Origin: a bacterium
Lineage (GTDB): Bacteria > Bacillota_I > Bacilli_A > RFN20 > CAG-288
Direction of reading: 5' to 3'
DNA length: 64,000 bases
Assembly (NCBI GenBank): GCA_963621825.1
Contig: CAVFFP010000002.1
Coordinates: 80,816 to 144,815, forward strand
Both the position numbers and the translations under genes were made by a program. Below are positions 27,853 through 36,838 of the stretch, piece by piece (within the stretch, counting starts at the first letter, position 1; every line of letters begins with the position of its first letter). The notes below the pieces were generated by a model. It saw nothing but the letters and a program-made list of their open reading frames with translations. It was not told where the DNA came from and made no database searches.

Positions 27853-28421
27853 GCAATAGATATCTTGTTCTTCACCTTTTCGAAAGTAGCCTGTCCGACT
27901 CCTTTGACATTCATGACATCTTCAATCGCCTGATAGTCTCCGTTAGAGATTCGATAATCGACAACATTCGGTGCCTGTGCGGATGTGAATCCTACCTCCA
28001 TCAAGGCTTCAGCCAGTGCGATGTTGATATTGACCTTAGTCAAGGTCGTATCCACACAAAGTCCACTCGATGCTGCAAGAGGTGCAATGTAAAAAGAAGT
28101 TCTCGTAGAAATAATAAGAGAAGAATTATACGCAGACTCATCCGCATTGGTTGTGACACCACCCGCCATCGTGATCAAGTCACCCAAGGTCAATGATGCA
28201 GCGATGGAATATTCTCCAGGATGATTGATTTCTCCGCTGATATTCACCTTGACTGTGTTGTTATCTTCGACATCGGTAGTCTTCGTTCCATTGCTGGTAC
28301 CTTGGCTATTGTTTCCGATTTTATGAACTGCAGACAACATAAAAAGACCTACTACTGTGACGACTATGCCTATGACAATTGTCTTAACCATAATCTTATC
28401 CCCCTTCACTAAGATATACAC
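27849..28421 (-). CDS. comEA: Competence protein ComEA (DNA receptor; SLBB plus helix-hairpin-helix)
   Basis: N-terminal TM segment. INIALAEALMEVGF...VKGVGQATFEKV is the HhH pair. 4-bp overlap with comEC. Confidence 0.85.
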   Translation of the reverse strand: MYILVKGDKIMVKTIVIGIVVTVVGLFMLSAVHKIGNNSQGTSNGTKTTDVEDNNTVKVNISGEINHPGEYSIAASLTLGDLITMAGGVTTNADESAYNSSLIISTRTSFYIAPLAASSGLCVDTTLTKVNINIALAEALMEVGFTSAQAPNVVDYRISNGDYQAIEDVMNVKGVGQATFEKVKNKISIA

Positions 28422-28472
28422 TCAGAAAAAGGAAATTCACAAAAGCAGGTCTTATTTTTTTACAGAAAGGAA

Positions 28473-28949
28473 TTAGTTCTTGTATTCGATTTTGACAATC
28501 TCAACAGAATAGACAACCTTAGCTTCGACTTCGACAACATCGCCGACCTTGTGTCCAAGGATAGCCTTGGCAACAGGGCATTCACTGTTGATTTCACCAT
28601 TGAGCGGCTTGGTGTTGGAAGTACCGATGATCTTGACGACATAGGTCTTTCCATTATCAACACGTTTCAAGGTGATTTCACCAGTTGCGGAGACAACATT
28701 CTTATCGATCTTAGATTCATCGATGATCTTGGCATGATCGAGGGTGAAACTGATGGAATCGATTTCCTTTTTGATCTTCTCAAATGTTTCTCTTGCGGCA
28801 TCGTAATCAGCATTTTCACTCAAGTCGCCTAAAGAGCGGGCAGCGTTAAGAGCGGCATCCGCTTTCGGTCTTTCGACATTGATAAGGTATTCTCTTCTTG
28901 CTTCAAGTTCTTTCTTATTTGCTTGGGTAATTTCAATTGTTTGTTCCAT
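28473..28949 (-). CDS. greA: Transcription elongation factor GreA
   Basis: MEQTIEITQANKKELEARREYL coiled-coil N-terminus and a C-terminal FKBP-like domain. RBS gaaggag upstream of the ATG at 28949; the ORF-track N-terminal extension is not supported. Confidence 0.9.
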   Translation of the reverse strand: MEQTIEITQANKKELEARREYLINVERPKADAALNAARSLGDLSENADYDAARETFEKIKKEIDSISFTLDHAKIIDESKIDKNVVSATGEITLKRVDNGKTYVVKIIGTSNTKPLNGEINSECPVAKAILGHKVGDVVEVEAKVVYSVEIVKIEYKN

Positions 28950-29173
28950 ATTAAAAAAATCTCCTTCGATGAAAGTCCATAGAATTATATCATAATCGGG
29001 TGTAGATTGATTCAATTATTGCATTATTTGCGCTTTTATTTTCCTATTCAAAAGATGTCGATTCAAAAGTTGTGTTTTTCCTTCGAAAAATTCTTTCGTT
29101 TTTCATGTCATAACGATATAATGTATTTCCCACCTACAATGTAACCGCTACCATTTCTAATAAAGGAGAATCT

Positions 29174-30808
29174 ATGAAAATACATCAGGAAATCAAAAAG
29201 GGAACTAGTATACTCTCCCTGCTAAACGAAAAAGACAAGAAAAGCTATTATTGCTGCAAGATAGACGGACGTATACGTGAACTGGATTATGTCGTAGACC
29301 ATGATGGCGCTTACGATATCGAGTTCCTCTCACTTGAAAGCCCTGATTCCACAAGAATCTATGCAACATCGATGAGATACTTGATTGCGATGGCTGTCAA
29401 AGAAATCAATCCGAAACTCGACATCCGTTTCTTCTATAACATCTCTCGCTCCATCTTCGCCAAAGTCATCTATCCGAGCAATTTCAAGGTGACATCATCC
29501 TTTGTCAGTAAAGTTGAGAACAAGATGAAAGAGATTATCGCATCCGATATTCCCTTTGTCCGCGTCAAGCTAAGCAAAGAGGAAGCCTTAGCCAAGTATA
29601 GAAAAGAACATCTCAACGATAAGATCAATGTCCTAAAGTACAGAAGCGAAAACTATGTCCATCTCTATCAGTGCAATCATGGTAGCAGTCATTATTCCGA
29701 CTATCTTTACGGAATGATGGTACCTTCTTCCGGTTATCTTTCCCATTTCACGCTTCGTTATTATGCCCCTGGATTCTTAGTTCAGGTGCCTAGAAGTGAG
29801 TGCAACGGCGAAATCCCTCCGTTTTCCGATGAGATGAAATTTGCAACCTCTCTTGCCAGCACTTATGAGTGGGCAGAGACAAATAAGCTTTCCACCGCTT
29901 ATGAGACAAACCGTTTCATCAAAACGTATGATGCGATGTCCCTTATCAATCTCTGTGAAGCCAGAATCAACAACATGCTTTCCGATTTAGGAAAAGAAAT
30001 CGTCCAGGATAGTCACATACGTCTTATCTGTGTCGCTGGTCCTTCCTCAAGCGGAAAGACTTCCTTTGCTAACCGTCTCCTTTTCGAACTCATGTCGAGA
30101 GGACTTCGTCCTATCCGTATCTCCATCGATAACTTCTACATCCCGAAGAGGGAACTTCCGAAAGGAACGGATATCGAATCCATCGAAGCGCTTGACCTTC
30201 CCTATTTCAATAATTTCATCTCAAAACTGATTCAAGGGGAAGAAGTCGAGAATCCAATCTATGACTTCAAGACTGGAAACAGAACGTTCGGAAAATCAAT
30301 CCATGTGGATGAGAATCAGCCAATCATCATCGAAGGCATTCACGCCTTAAATGCTAAGATGACGGAAGAGATTCCTGACTTCCAGAAATACAAAATCTAT
30401 ATTGCCCCACAGCCTCAGGTCAACATCGATAACCATACTCCTATCTCTATGACCGACATGAGACTGTTAAGAAGAATCGCAAGAGACTCCAGAACCAGAG
30501 GAAGCGATGCCAGAGAGACGATCAGTATGTGGCCCAACGTCAGAAACGGTGAATTCAATTACATCTATCCGACGCAGGAGAACGCAGACTTTGTCTTTGA
30601 CTCCTACTATCCCTATGAGCCCTGCGTATTAAAGAACATCGTCTTACCGCAGTTAGATAAGATCACACCCGACATGGAAGAGTTCTTGACCGCACAAAGA
30701 CTGAAAAACATGATCAAGTACTTCCTTCCTATCGATTCGGATGATATTCCATGCAATTCTCTGATGAGAGAGTTCGTCGGCGGCTCTTCCTTCAAAGACG
30801 CGAGATGA
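29174..30808 (+). CDS. Uridine-kinase/phosphoribulokinase-family nucleoside kinase with an N-terminal TGS/ThrRS-like domain
   Basis: P-loop CVAGPSSSGKTSF at about residue 290. The large N-terminal domain resembles the ThrRS N-terminal TGS region. Confidence 0.65.
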   Translation: MKIHQEIKKGTSILSLLNEKDKKSYYCCKIDGRIRELDYVVDHDGAYDIEFLSLESPDSTRIYATSMRYLIAMAVKEINPKLDIRFFYNISRSIFAKVIYPSNFKVTSSFVSKVENKMKEIIASDIPFVRVKLSKEEALAKYRKEHLNDKINVLKYRSENYVHLYQCNHGSSHYSDYLYGMMVPSSGYLSHFTLRYYAPGFLVQVPRSECNGEIPPFSDEMKFATSLASTYEWAETNKLSTAYETNRFIKTYDAMSLINLCEARINNMLSDLGKEIVQDSHIRLICVAGPSSSGKTSFANRLLFELMSRGLRPIRISIDNFYIPKRELPKGTDIESIEALDLPYFNNFISKLIQGEEVENPIYDFKTGNRTFGKSIHVDENQPIIIEGIHALNAKMTEEIPDFQKYKIYIAPQPQVNIDNHTPISMTDMRLLRRIARDSRTRGSDARETISMWPNVRNGEFNYIYPTQENADFVFDSYYPYEPCVLKNIVLPQLDKITPDMEEFLTAQRLKNMIKYFLPIDSDDIPCNSLMREFVGGSSFKDAR

Positions 30809-30884
30809 AAAAAAGGCCACTCCTGAGGGAGTGACCTTTTAATCTTAGTCAATATTTCACAAGAAACTGACTAAGAGCCTTGGA

Positions 30885-31085
30885 TTAGTCGGCGAAGTGG
30901 ATGTTGTTGGCTCTGAGACCCTTTTCGGTAGAAGCTTCTTCGTAATCAACCTTCTGACCGACTTCGGCAGTCTTGAATCCATCCATGACTAACTGAGAAT
31001 AATGGAAGAAATAATCCTTGCCATCTTCACCAGTGATGAATCCATAGCCTTTTTCTTTGTCGAATTTCTTAACGGTACCCTTCAT
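30885..31085 (-). CDS. Cold-shock protein (CspA family)
   Basis: MKGTVKKFDKEKGYGFITGEDGKDYFFHYS, with RNP1/RNP2 motifs. Confidence 0.92.
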   Translation of the reverse strand: MKGTVKKFDKEKGYGFITGEDGKDYFFHYSQLVMDGFKTAEVGQKVDYEEASTEKGLRANNIHFAD

Positions 31086-31190
31086 TGTCTAAACCCTTTC
31101 TTTCGCATCGATAAATTATCAACGCGATAAAAATATATCACAAAAACATTTCAAATGAGAGATATTTTTTTACTAATTTTTTGTAAGCGG

Positions 31191-34004
31191 TTATACAGAA
31201 GAGGATTTCAAGGCCTCTTTCGGTGTGATTTTCCGCATCTGAAGAGCCAACAAAAAGAAGACAACAAGAGATAAAGCAATCATTTCCACAAAGGATATCA
31301 CAAAAGGAATTATGCTCCCCTGATAGCTCGATAACGTCAATTCCATCGTATCCCTTATCATCTTTTCTGTTATCAAAGATACCGATAACGAGCTTAGATA
31401 GCTGATAAAGGATAGGCCCATAATCAGGAAAAGATAATAGAAGAATATCTCTTTCTTCTGATATCCCAAAGATAGCATAACGCCGACTGCCTTTCTGTCT
31501 TTTTTCAAAATGAGGAAGAAAGATAGAAACATTAAATATCCGGAACATAAGAAGGACAATAAGGATAAGAAGAAAAACAATTTGGATAATAAATACAATG
31601 TACGATTGATTTCAGCAATCATTTCATACATCGGAAAACTCGATGTGTATCTTCCGCTTTTCTCTATGAGCGCTTCACACTCCTCTTTTGTTATTTTATC
31701 GAAGTCCACACGCATCGTCGCATTGTCCAAAACAAAGCTGTCCTTGCTCGGTTGGGTGAGAAAGAAAGAATAGGCTAACGGAAATAGGGCGTCCTGATAT
31801 AAAGAGAGATTATCATCGTCATAGATTGCACATATTTTCAGTTTTCCTTCCGCGAAGTGATGCCGATACAGTTCTCCTTCTTTCTGAGTTTTTTCCAATG
31901 TTAAGACATATAGTCTCTCGCCTAAGGCATCGGTAACATTCGGATAGAATTCCTCAGCCATCTTTTTCGAGATTCCGATCTCATCATTCGTTTTTGGGAC
32001 TTCCCCGTAGAGAACTTCTGCATCATCATAGGGGTGGAAAACAAGTCCGTTTCCATCCATGGATGATACCAAATCCGCTTTCACAACACCGTCTTCGGTC
32101 TGCATGACGGAACCTTGAAAATTGCCTAGGTCATATTTCGAGTAGGCATTACTATCCTGAATACGATTTAACTTTTCCCTGTATCTGGAAAAGAAATACG
32201 GCTTCATGAATCCACTGATATAGCCGCTAGCCGTATAGGTGTACATCGGAGAAGAGAAACAGAGGGAGGAAAAGATATCTCGGTTCTCTTCGTATAGTCT
32301 CGTGATGTCCTTAAAAGAGATGCGGTCTTTATAATCCTTGTAGATTCCTATGCGGTTATATGTATCTGTATTTCCTTTTCCGTAGTAACCGGAGAGTTTC
32401 AGTATTTCTAGTGTGAGATGACTCTGACTATCTTTCAAGAAAGAAAGGAAGAAGTCTAACACTTTCCCTTTCTTCGCCCGTATTCCTCTGCATTTAACTA
32501 ATGTCCAAGGCGGATATTCCCCTTTTTCCTCTTCAAACCGTTCCTTGAAATGTAGGATGTCTTTGACAAAGTAAGAGGAGAATCCCTTTTCAGGAATAAC
32601 GATTTTACAGACGTCAGACAGAAAAGCATTCCGTATTCGAAAGGAGTGTTCTAACCGATAGTTCCAATCGCTCACACTGAAGATTATATCCATCGAAACA
32701 AGCTTATAACCCAAAAGGCCATTGATATAACTGACATCCTTTTCTTCAATCTCCTTCTTTTTCATTCCAGTCAGAAGATAATAGAATCCAAGATACGATT
32801 CCTCATCTAGCATCAAGGCCACCTCTTCCCTTTTATAGTCTTTGACAAGTGTCTCTACCCCTTCCTCCTCTGGCAAAGAGTAGTTCAGAATCGAATCAGC
32901 AGAAAGCTTCTTCAAGGAATAAGTGGAGTTTTGATATCTTGCTTTCAAAGACTGGTTGCTTTGAAAAATCTCATTCAGAGATGTGAGATAGAAAATATCT
33001 TTGTCAATCACGGATTCCGGATAGTTATTGACATAGTGCATCACTTCCTCTTCTGAGGCTATCTCATAACTGGAACGTTCAATTCCCTGTTCTTTGTTTT
33101 CGATGACTACTGTATTGTCTTTCATATACTTAGAAAAGGACTCCACCAAAGAGGATGAAACATTACCCGAGAGCTGAAACGAAAAAGAAGAAGAGAATAA
33201 AGATAGTGTCAAAGCAAAGAAGACTACGGACATGAACCGAATATTGGTTTTCAGAAAGATAAGAGAAGATTTCAACTTCGACTTAAAGGAATAGCCTCTT
33301 CTCTTGATTGGTTCCTGAATCGGTTTGTTTTCTTGTTCTTCTCCGATTTTCTTCAGCTCTATTTTTCCATTATGGATTTCATAAATTGTAGCGGAAGACG
33401 GTATTGACTCTAATTCATGTGTGATGACAAGAACAAGTCTATGTTTCGCTTCCTCTTGTAATATCTGAGAGATGTTCTCTCTTAATTTTCTGTCTAAGGA
33501 ACTGACCGGCTCATCCACAAGAAGTATCTCAGATGGTTTAAGAAGACCACGAGCTAAAGATAACCTCTTCTTTTCTCCGCCAGAGGCATCTTTGAACTTC
33601 ATCTTCTTCTTGTCTTCAAGACCGACTCTTTTTAATGCATCCTCTATCCTTCTTCTTTTTTCCTCATCGGTATAGTTAATGATATCCAGTACCTTATATA
33701 GGTTATCTTCGACGCTTTCCTCCTCCATCGAGCAGAAATCCTGAAAGACAAAGGAGACATGTGCAAAACGGTAATACGATTTCTCTTCCGTTGTCATCTC
33801 TTTCAGTTCCGTATTGTTGAAACAGATACTACCCTCATACTCCTCATCAATGCACCCAAGTAAAGAGAGTAATGTCGTTTTACCCGCACCGGATTTACCG
33901 ATCAGATAAAAAAGACCGGTGTCCGGAAAGGTAAGAGATATATCATCTAGAATACTGACAGAATCCGGATTGTATTTTTTGCTTAGGTGAGTAATCTGTA
34001 TCAT
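31191..34004 (-). CDS. Fused ABC transporter ATP-binding / MacB-FtsX-type permease protein (937 aa)
   Basis: N-terminal Walker A GKSGAGKTTLL, signature LSGGEKKRLSLAR, Walker B ILLVDEP. One TM, then an extracellular domain of about 500 aa, then a C-terminal FtsX-like TM bundle. Confidence 0.8.
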   Translation of the reverse strand: MIQITHLSKKYNPDSVSILDDISLTFPDTGLFYLIGKSGAGKTTLLSLLGCIDEEYEGSICFNNTELKEMTTEEKSYYRFAHVSFVFQDFCSMEEESVEDNLYKVLDIINYTDEEKRRRIEDALKRVGLEDKKKMKFKDASGGEKKRLSLARGLLKPSEILLVDEPVSSLDRKLRENISQILQEEAKHRLVLVITHELESIPSSATIYEIHNGKIELKKIGEEQENKPIQEPIKRRGYSFKSKLKSSLIFLKTNIRFMSVVFFALTLSLFSSSFSFQLSGNVSSSLVESFSKYMKDNTVVIENKEQGIERSSYEIASEEEVMHYVNNYPESVIDKDIFYLTSLNEIFQSNQSLKARYQNSTYSLKKLSADSILNYSLPEEEGVETLVKDYKREEVALMLDEESYLGFYYLLTGMKKKEIEEKDVSYINGLLGYKLVSMDIIFSVSDWNYRLEHSFRIRNAFLSDVCKIVIPEKGFSSYFVKDILHFKERFEEEKGEYPPWTLVKCRGIRAKKGKVLDFFLSFLKDSQSHLTLEILKLSGYYGKGNTDTYNRIGIYKDYKDRISFKDITRLYEENRDIFSSLCFSSPMYTYTASGYISGFMKPYFFSRYREKLNRIQDSNAYSKYDLGNFQGSVMQTEDGVVKADLVSSMDGNGLVFHPYDDAEVLYGEVPKTNDEIGISKKMAEEFYPNVTDALGERLYVLTLEKTQKEGELYRHHFAEGKLKICAIYDDDNLSLYQDALFPLAYSFFLTQPSKDSFVLDNATMRVDFDKITKEECEALIEKSGRYTSSFPMYEMIAEINRTLYLLSKLFFFLSLLSFLCSGYLMFLSFFLILKKDRKAVGVMLSLGYQKKEIFFYYLFLIMGLSFISYLSSLSVSLITEKMIRDTMELTLSSYQGSIIPFVISFVEMIALSLVVFFLLALQMRKITPKEALKSSSV

Positions 34005-35950
34005 CAGTCTTCTCCTTCCAATTGTTCTTTGACTTCGTTTTCCTTGATTCTCTTCAGTGCCAAGAAAGAGGAGAGAACAGAAACGAAAAAGACTAAAAGA
34101 AACAAAAGCATCAGATAAGAAAGGATGATGCCGTTGAAGAAAGTAGGATAGAGAAGTTTAAATAGTAACGAATCCAGCAAATAGCTGATTGCACATATCG
34201 AAAAGAAAAGAAAAATCGAGTTCAATAGGAAAAACAGAACAGATAGAGCAAAGACTAGAATTCTTTTGTTTTTCCTTTGATTTTCAAACACAGAGAGAAG
34301 AGAAAAGAAACGGATGTTGTCGACATATAAAGAATAGATGACCAGAAACTCAGAAAGAAACGCACCCAAGAGATTCAGAAACAGAAAGAGAAAGACGACT
34401 TTAAGCAGGGAATCCATCACCTCTGACGCACTCTTTTCCATAGATAACGCCTGATTCGTGACGTGAAGATTTTCAACATTCTTAACGTACTCAACAAAAG
34501 TAGAGACATCCGAAGAATAAAAGAGAATCTCATGACTGAGATAATCTTCCTCTCTGTATTTATCAATATCGAGATAAGAGGAAAGATAGACGTCCGTTTC
34601 ATATTCCTTGGAAGTTTTCTCTAACTTCATGTCTCCAATCATTTCTCTTACACTAGGATAATCGTAATAAAGAGTAGGATGATTCAATAGATTCTTTTCT
34701 TTGCAAATGCCTACAATACGAAAGGTATAATCAAAAGAAAGTATTTCTTCCATCTCAATTTCTTTGACAGGAAATGCAACATTGTAGGTGAAATGAATCA
34801 CTTTATCTAATACATCCGTCTGAAAGGCTGAAACAAAGGAGGAATTGACTACCGCTTCCTTCTCACTAGCTGCAATTCTTCCTTTGACGATACGATTCTC
34901 ATCCTGATATAAAACCGGAGATAATACACAGTCCTCTTCCTTATTTCCTAACTGGATTTCACGACTGGAAGGAAGAAAATAAGAAAGAGAAGGGAAGACT
35001 AAGGACATCTGATAACTATCTCTTTTTTCTTTCTCGGGTATGACATATCTTTCTAAAGTCAGATGTCCTTCCTGTGCTATCTTGACTTTTTCTTTTACAG
35101 TCAAAGTCTCGTATCCATAATGCTCTTTTGAAAGAGAGGAGAGAAAAGGATTTAAATTGTTATTGATAGCAAGTGAAAAATAGATAAGGACTAGATTGAG
35201 GACAAGGAAAAGAGAAGAGACGAGGATTCTTTTGCTCTTCGCCTTTAGATATTTGAATTGCAGTTGAATCGCATTACGAAAGGAGACATGTTTTTCTTTC
35301 TTCTCTTCTTTGTTTTCTTTTATCTTGGAAGACTCTTTTTTCTTTTCAACTCTTGCCTCGAGTTTCCCATCTTTCAGCTCATAAACGTAGTCCGCTAATT
35401 CAAAAGAGTTTTTCTCATCATGAGTCACCATGATAACAAGTCTGTTCTTCGATATCTCCTGAAGGATCGAGTAGATAACCAAAGAGGAGTTTTCATCCAA
35501 CTGTCCCGTCGGTTCATCGAGAATAAGTACATCTTTATCTAGAACTAACGCACGAGCAATGGAAACACGCATCTTTTCTCCACCGGATAAAGTCGTAACA
35601 TCTCTCTTCTCATATTCTTCCATTCCTACTTTCTTCAACGCATCTTCTACTTTTTTATCGATATCCAGTTCATTTCTTAATAACAGAGGAAAAGAGACGT
35701 TGTCTTTTACATCCATATAGTTCAATAAAAGCGGTGACTGAAAAACATAGGATATACATTCTCTCTCATTCCCTTCTATTGTCCCTTCGGTAAGCGGAAG
35801 AACATGGGATAACAGAGATAGAAAAGTCGTTTTCCCTGAGCCGCTTTTCCCGAGTATGACGATAAATCCAGAATCAGGAAAAGTCACTGAAATATCATTC
35901 AGCACTTTCTTTTCCTGATAGGAGTAGGAAAGATTCTTTATTCTGATCAA
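34004..35950 (-). CDS. Fused ABC transporter ATP-binding / MacB-FtsX-type permease protein (648 aa)
   Basis: GKSGSGKTTFL, LSGGEKMRVSIAR, LILDEPT; C-terminal FtsX-like TM region. Stop overlaps the start of the downstream gene (ATGA). Confidence 0.8.
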   Translation of the reverse strand: MIRIKNLSYSYQEKKVLNDISVTFPDSGFIVILGKSGSGKTTFLSLLSHVLPLTEGTIEGNERECISYVFQSPLLLNYMDVKDNVSFPLLLRNELDIDKKVEDALKKVGMEEYEKRDVTTLSGGEKMRVSIARALVLDKDVLILDEPTGQLDENSSLVIYSILQEISKNRLVIMVTHDEKNSFELADYVYELKDGKLEARVEKKKESSKIKENKEEKKEKHVSFRNAIQLQFKYLKAKSKRILVSSLFLVLNLVLIYFSLAINNNLNPFLSSLSKEHYGYETLTVKEKVKIAQEGHLTLERYVIPEKEKRDSYQMSLVFPSLSYFLPSSREIQLGNKEEDCVLSPVLYQDENRIVKGRIAASEKEAVVNSSFVSAFQTDVLDKVIHFTYNVAFPVKEIEMEEILSFDYTFRIVGICKEKNLLNHPTLYYDYPSVREMIGDMKLEKTSKEYETDVYLSSYLDIDKYREEDYLSHEILFYSSDVSTFVEYVKNVENLHVTNQALSMEKSASEVMDSLLKVVFLFLFLNLLGAFLSEFLVIYSLYVDNIRFFSLLSVFENQRKNKRILVFALSVLFFLLNSIFLFFSICAISYLLDSLLFKLLYPTFFNGIILSYLMLLFLLVFFVSVLSSFLALKRIKENEVKEQLEGED

Positions 35951-36001
35951 TTGGAGTTCCTCATACTAATATTTGTCTACATATGAGGAATGTGCAAAAG
36001 A

Positions 36002-36838
36002 TCAGAGTGTTTTCAATTGAGAAGTCAAATTCTTCTCTTTGCTCTTGAGGTAGATAGCGTTATCAATCAGGCAGTAGGAAGTCAAAGCACCGACACCGCC
36101 TGGAACGGGAGTATAGTCGATATTATCCGTTTCTTCTACTGTAAATCCGATATCTCCGTGTGAGTAGGAAAAGCCACAGTCAATAATAGTGACTCCTTCT
36201 TTCAGAGTCTCTTTCTTTACAAGTCCGGAATGTCCAGAAGCTAGTATGACAATATCTGCATCGCATAGATATTCGTCTCTCTTTTTCTCGTCTGTCTTAG
36301 AGTGCAAAAGAGTGACGTTCGCATTTTTGCGGTTCATAAGCTCAAAGCAAGGAAGTCCTAAAGATAAGGATCGGCCAATGACAACAGCATTTTTATTCTC
36401 ACAGTCGATATGATAGTAATCTAAGATTGTCTTCACTGATTTTGCAGTAGCAGGAAGATAATTCAGATCACCAGAGAAAAGCAATCCTCTGTTGATGTCA
36501 GTCAGCATATCCGGATCACAAGAGGATGGGATGCTGTCGATGAACTTCTTTTCGTTTTTGACAGGAAGTGGTCTTAATAAAAGGACACTATGGTTTTCAG
36601 TCACACTGTTTTTAAATTCAGCAAGGTTTTCCTCTTCTGTCTTCTCCTTGTCATAGCAACCAATCGTATACGGAATGGAAAAAGACTCAAGAAGCTTCTT
36701 GATGCTATTGAGATAACTGACACAGTCCGCATTGTCACTATCCAAATAAAGATAGAAAGAAAGAGGAACAAGAGAAAGATTCTCCTGAATCAGATTCTTA
36801 AAGATAGGTCGGATCGTTTTTCCAGAGAGTAGTTTCAT
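36002..36838 (-). CDS. folD: Bifunctional 5,10-methylene-tetrahydrofolate dehydrogenase / cyclohydrolase
   Basis: VIGRS...G.P Rossmann motif and the C-terminal TPVPGGVGALT motif. Confidence 0.8.
   Translation of the reverse strand: MKLLSGKTIRPIFKNLIQENLSLVPLSFYLYLDSDNADCVSYLNSIKKLLESFSIPYTIGCYDKEKTEEENLAEFKNSVTENHSVLLLRPLPVKNEKKFIDSIPSSCDPDMLTDINRGLLFSGDLNYLPATAKSVKTILDYYHIDCENKNAVVIGRSLSLGLPCFELMNRKNANVTLLHSKTDEKKRDEYLCDADIVILASGHSGLVKKETLKEGVTIIDCGFSYSHGDIGFTVEETDNIDYTPVPGGVGALTSYCLIDNAIYLKSKEKNLTSQLKTL

Noticed and set aside
28422-28472. Looked for a streptococcal-type cin-box (TACGAATA) upstream of comEA
   Set aside because: It is not present in the 50-bp leader.
29016-29040. tttgcgc-like sequence upstream of greA resembling the ADH-leader motif
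   Set aside because: It reads tttgcgct, not tttgcgca, so it is a single degenerate copy, most likely coincidental.
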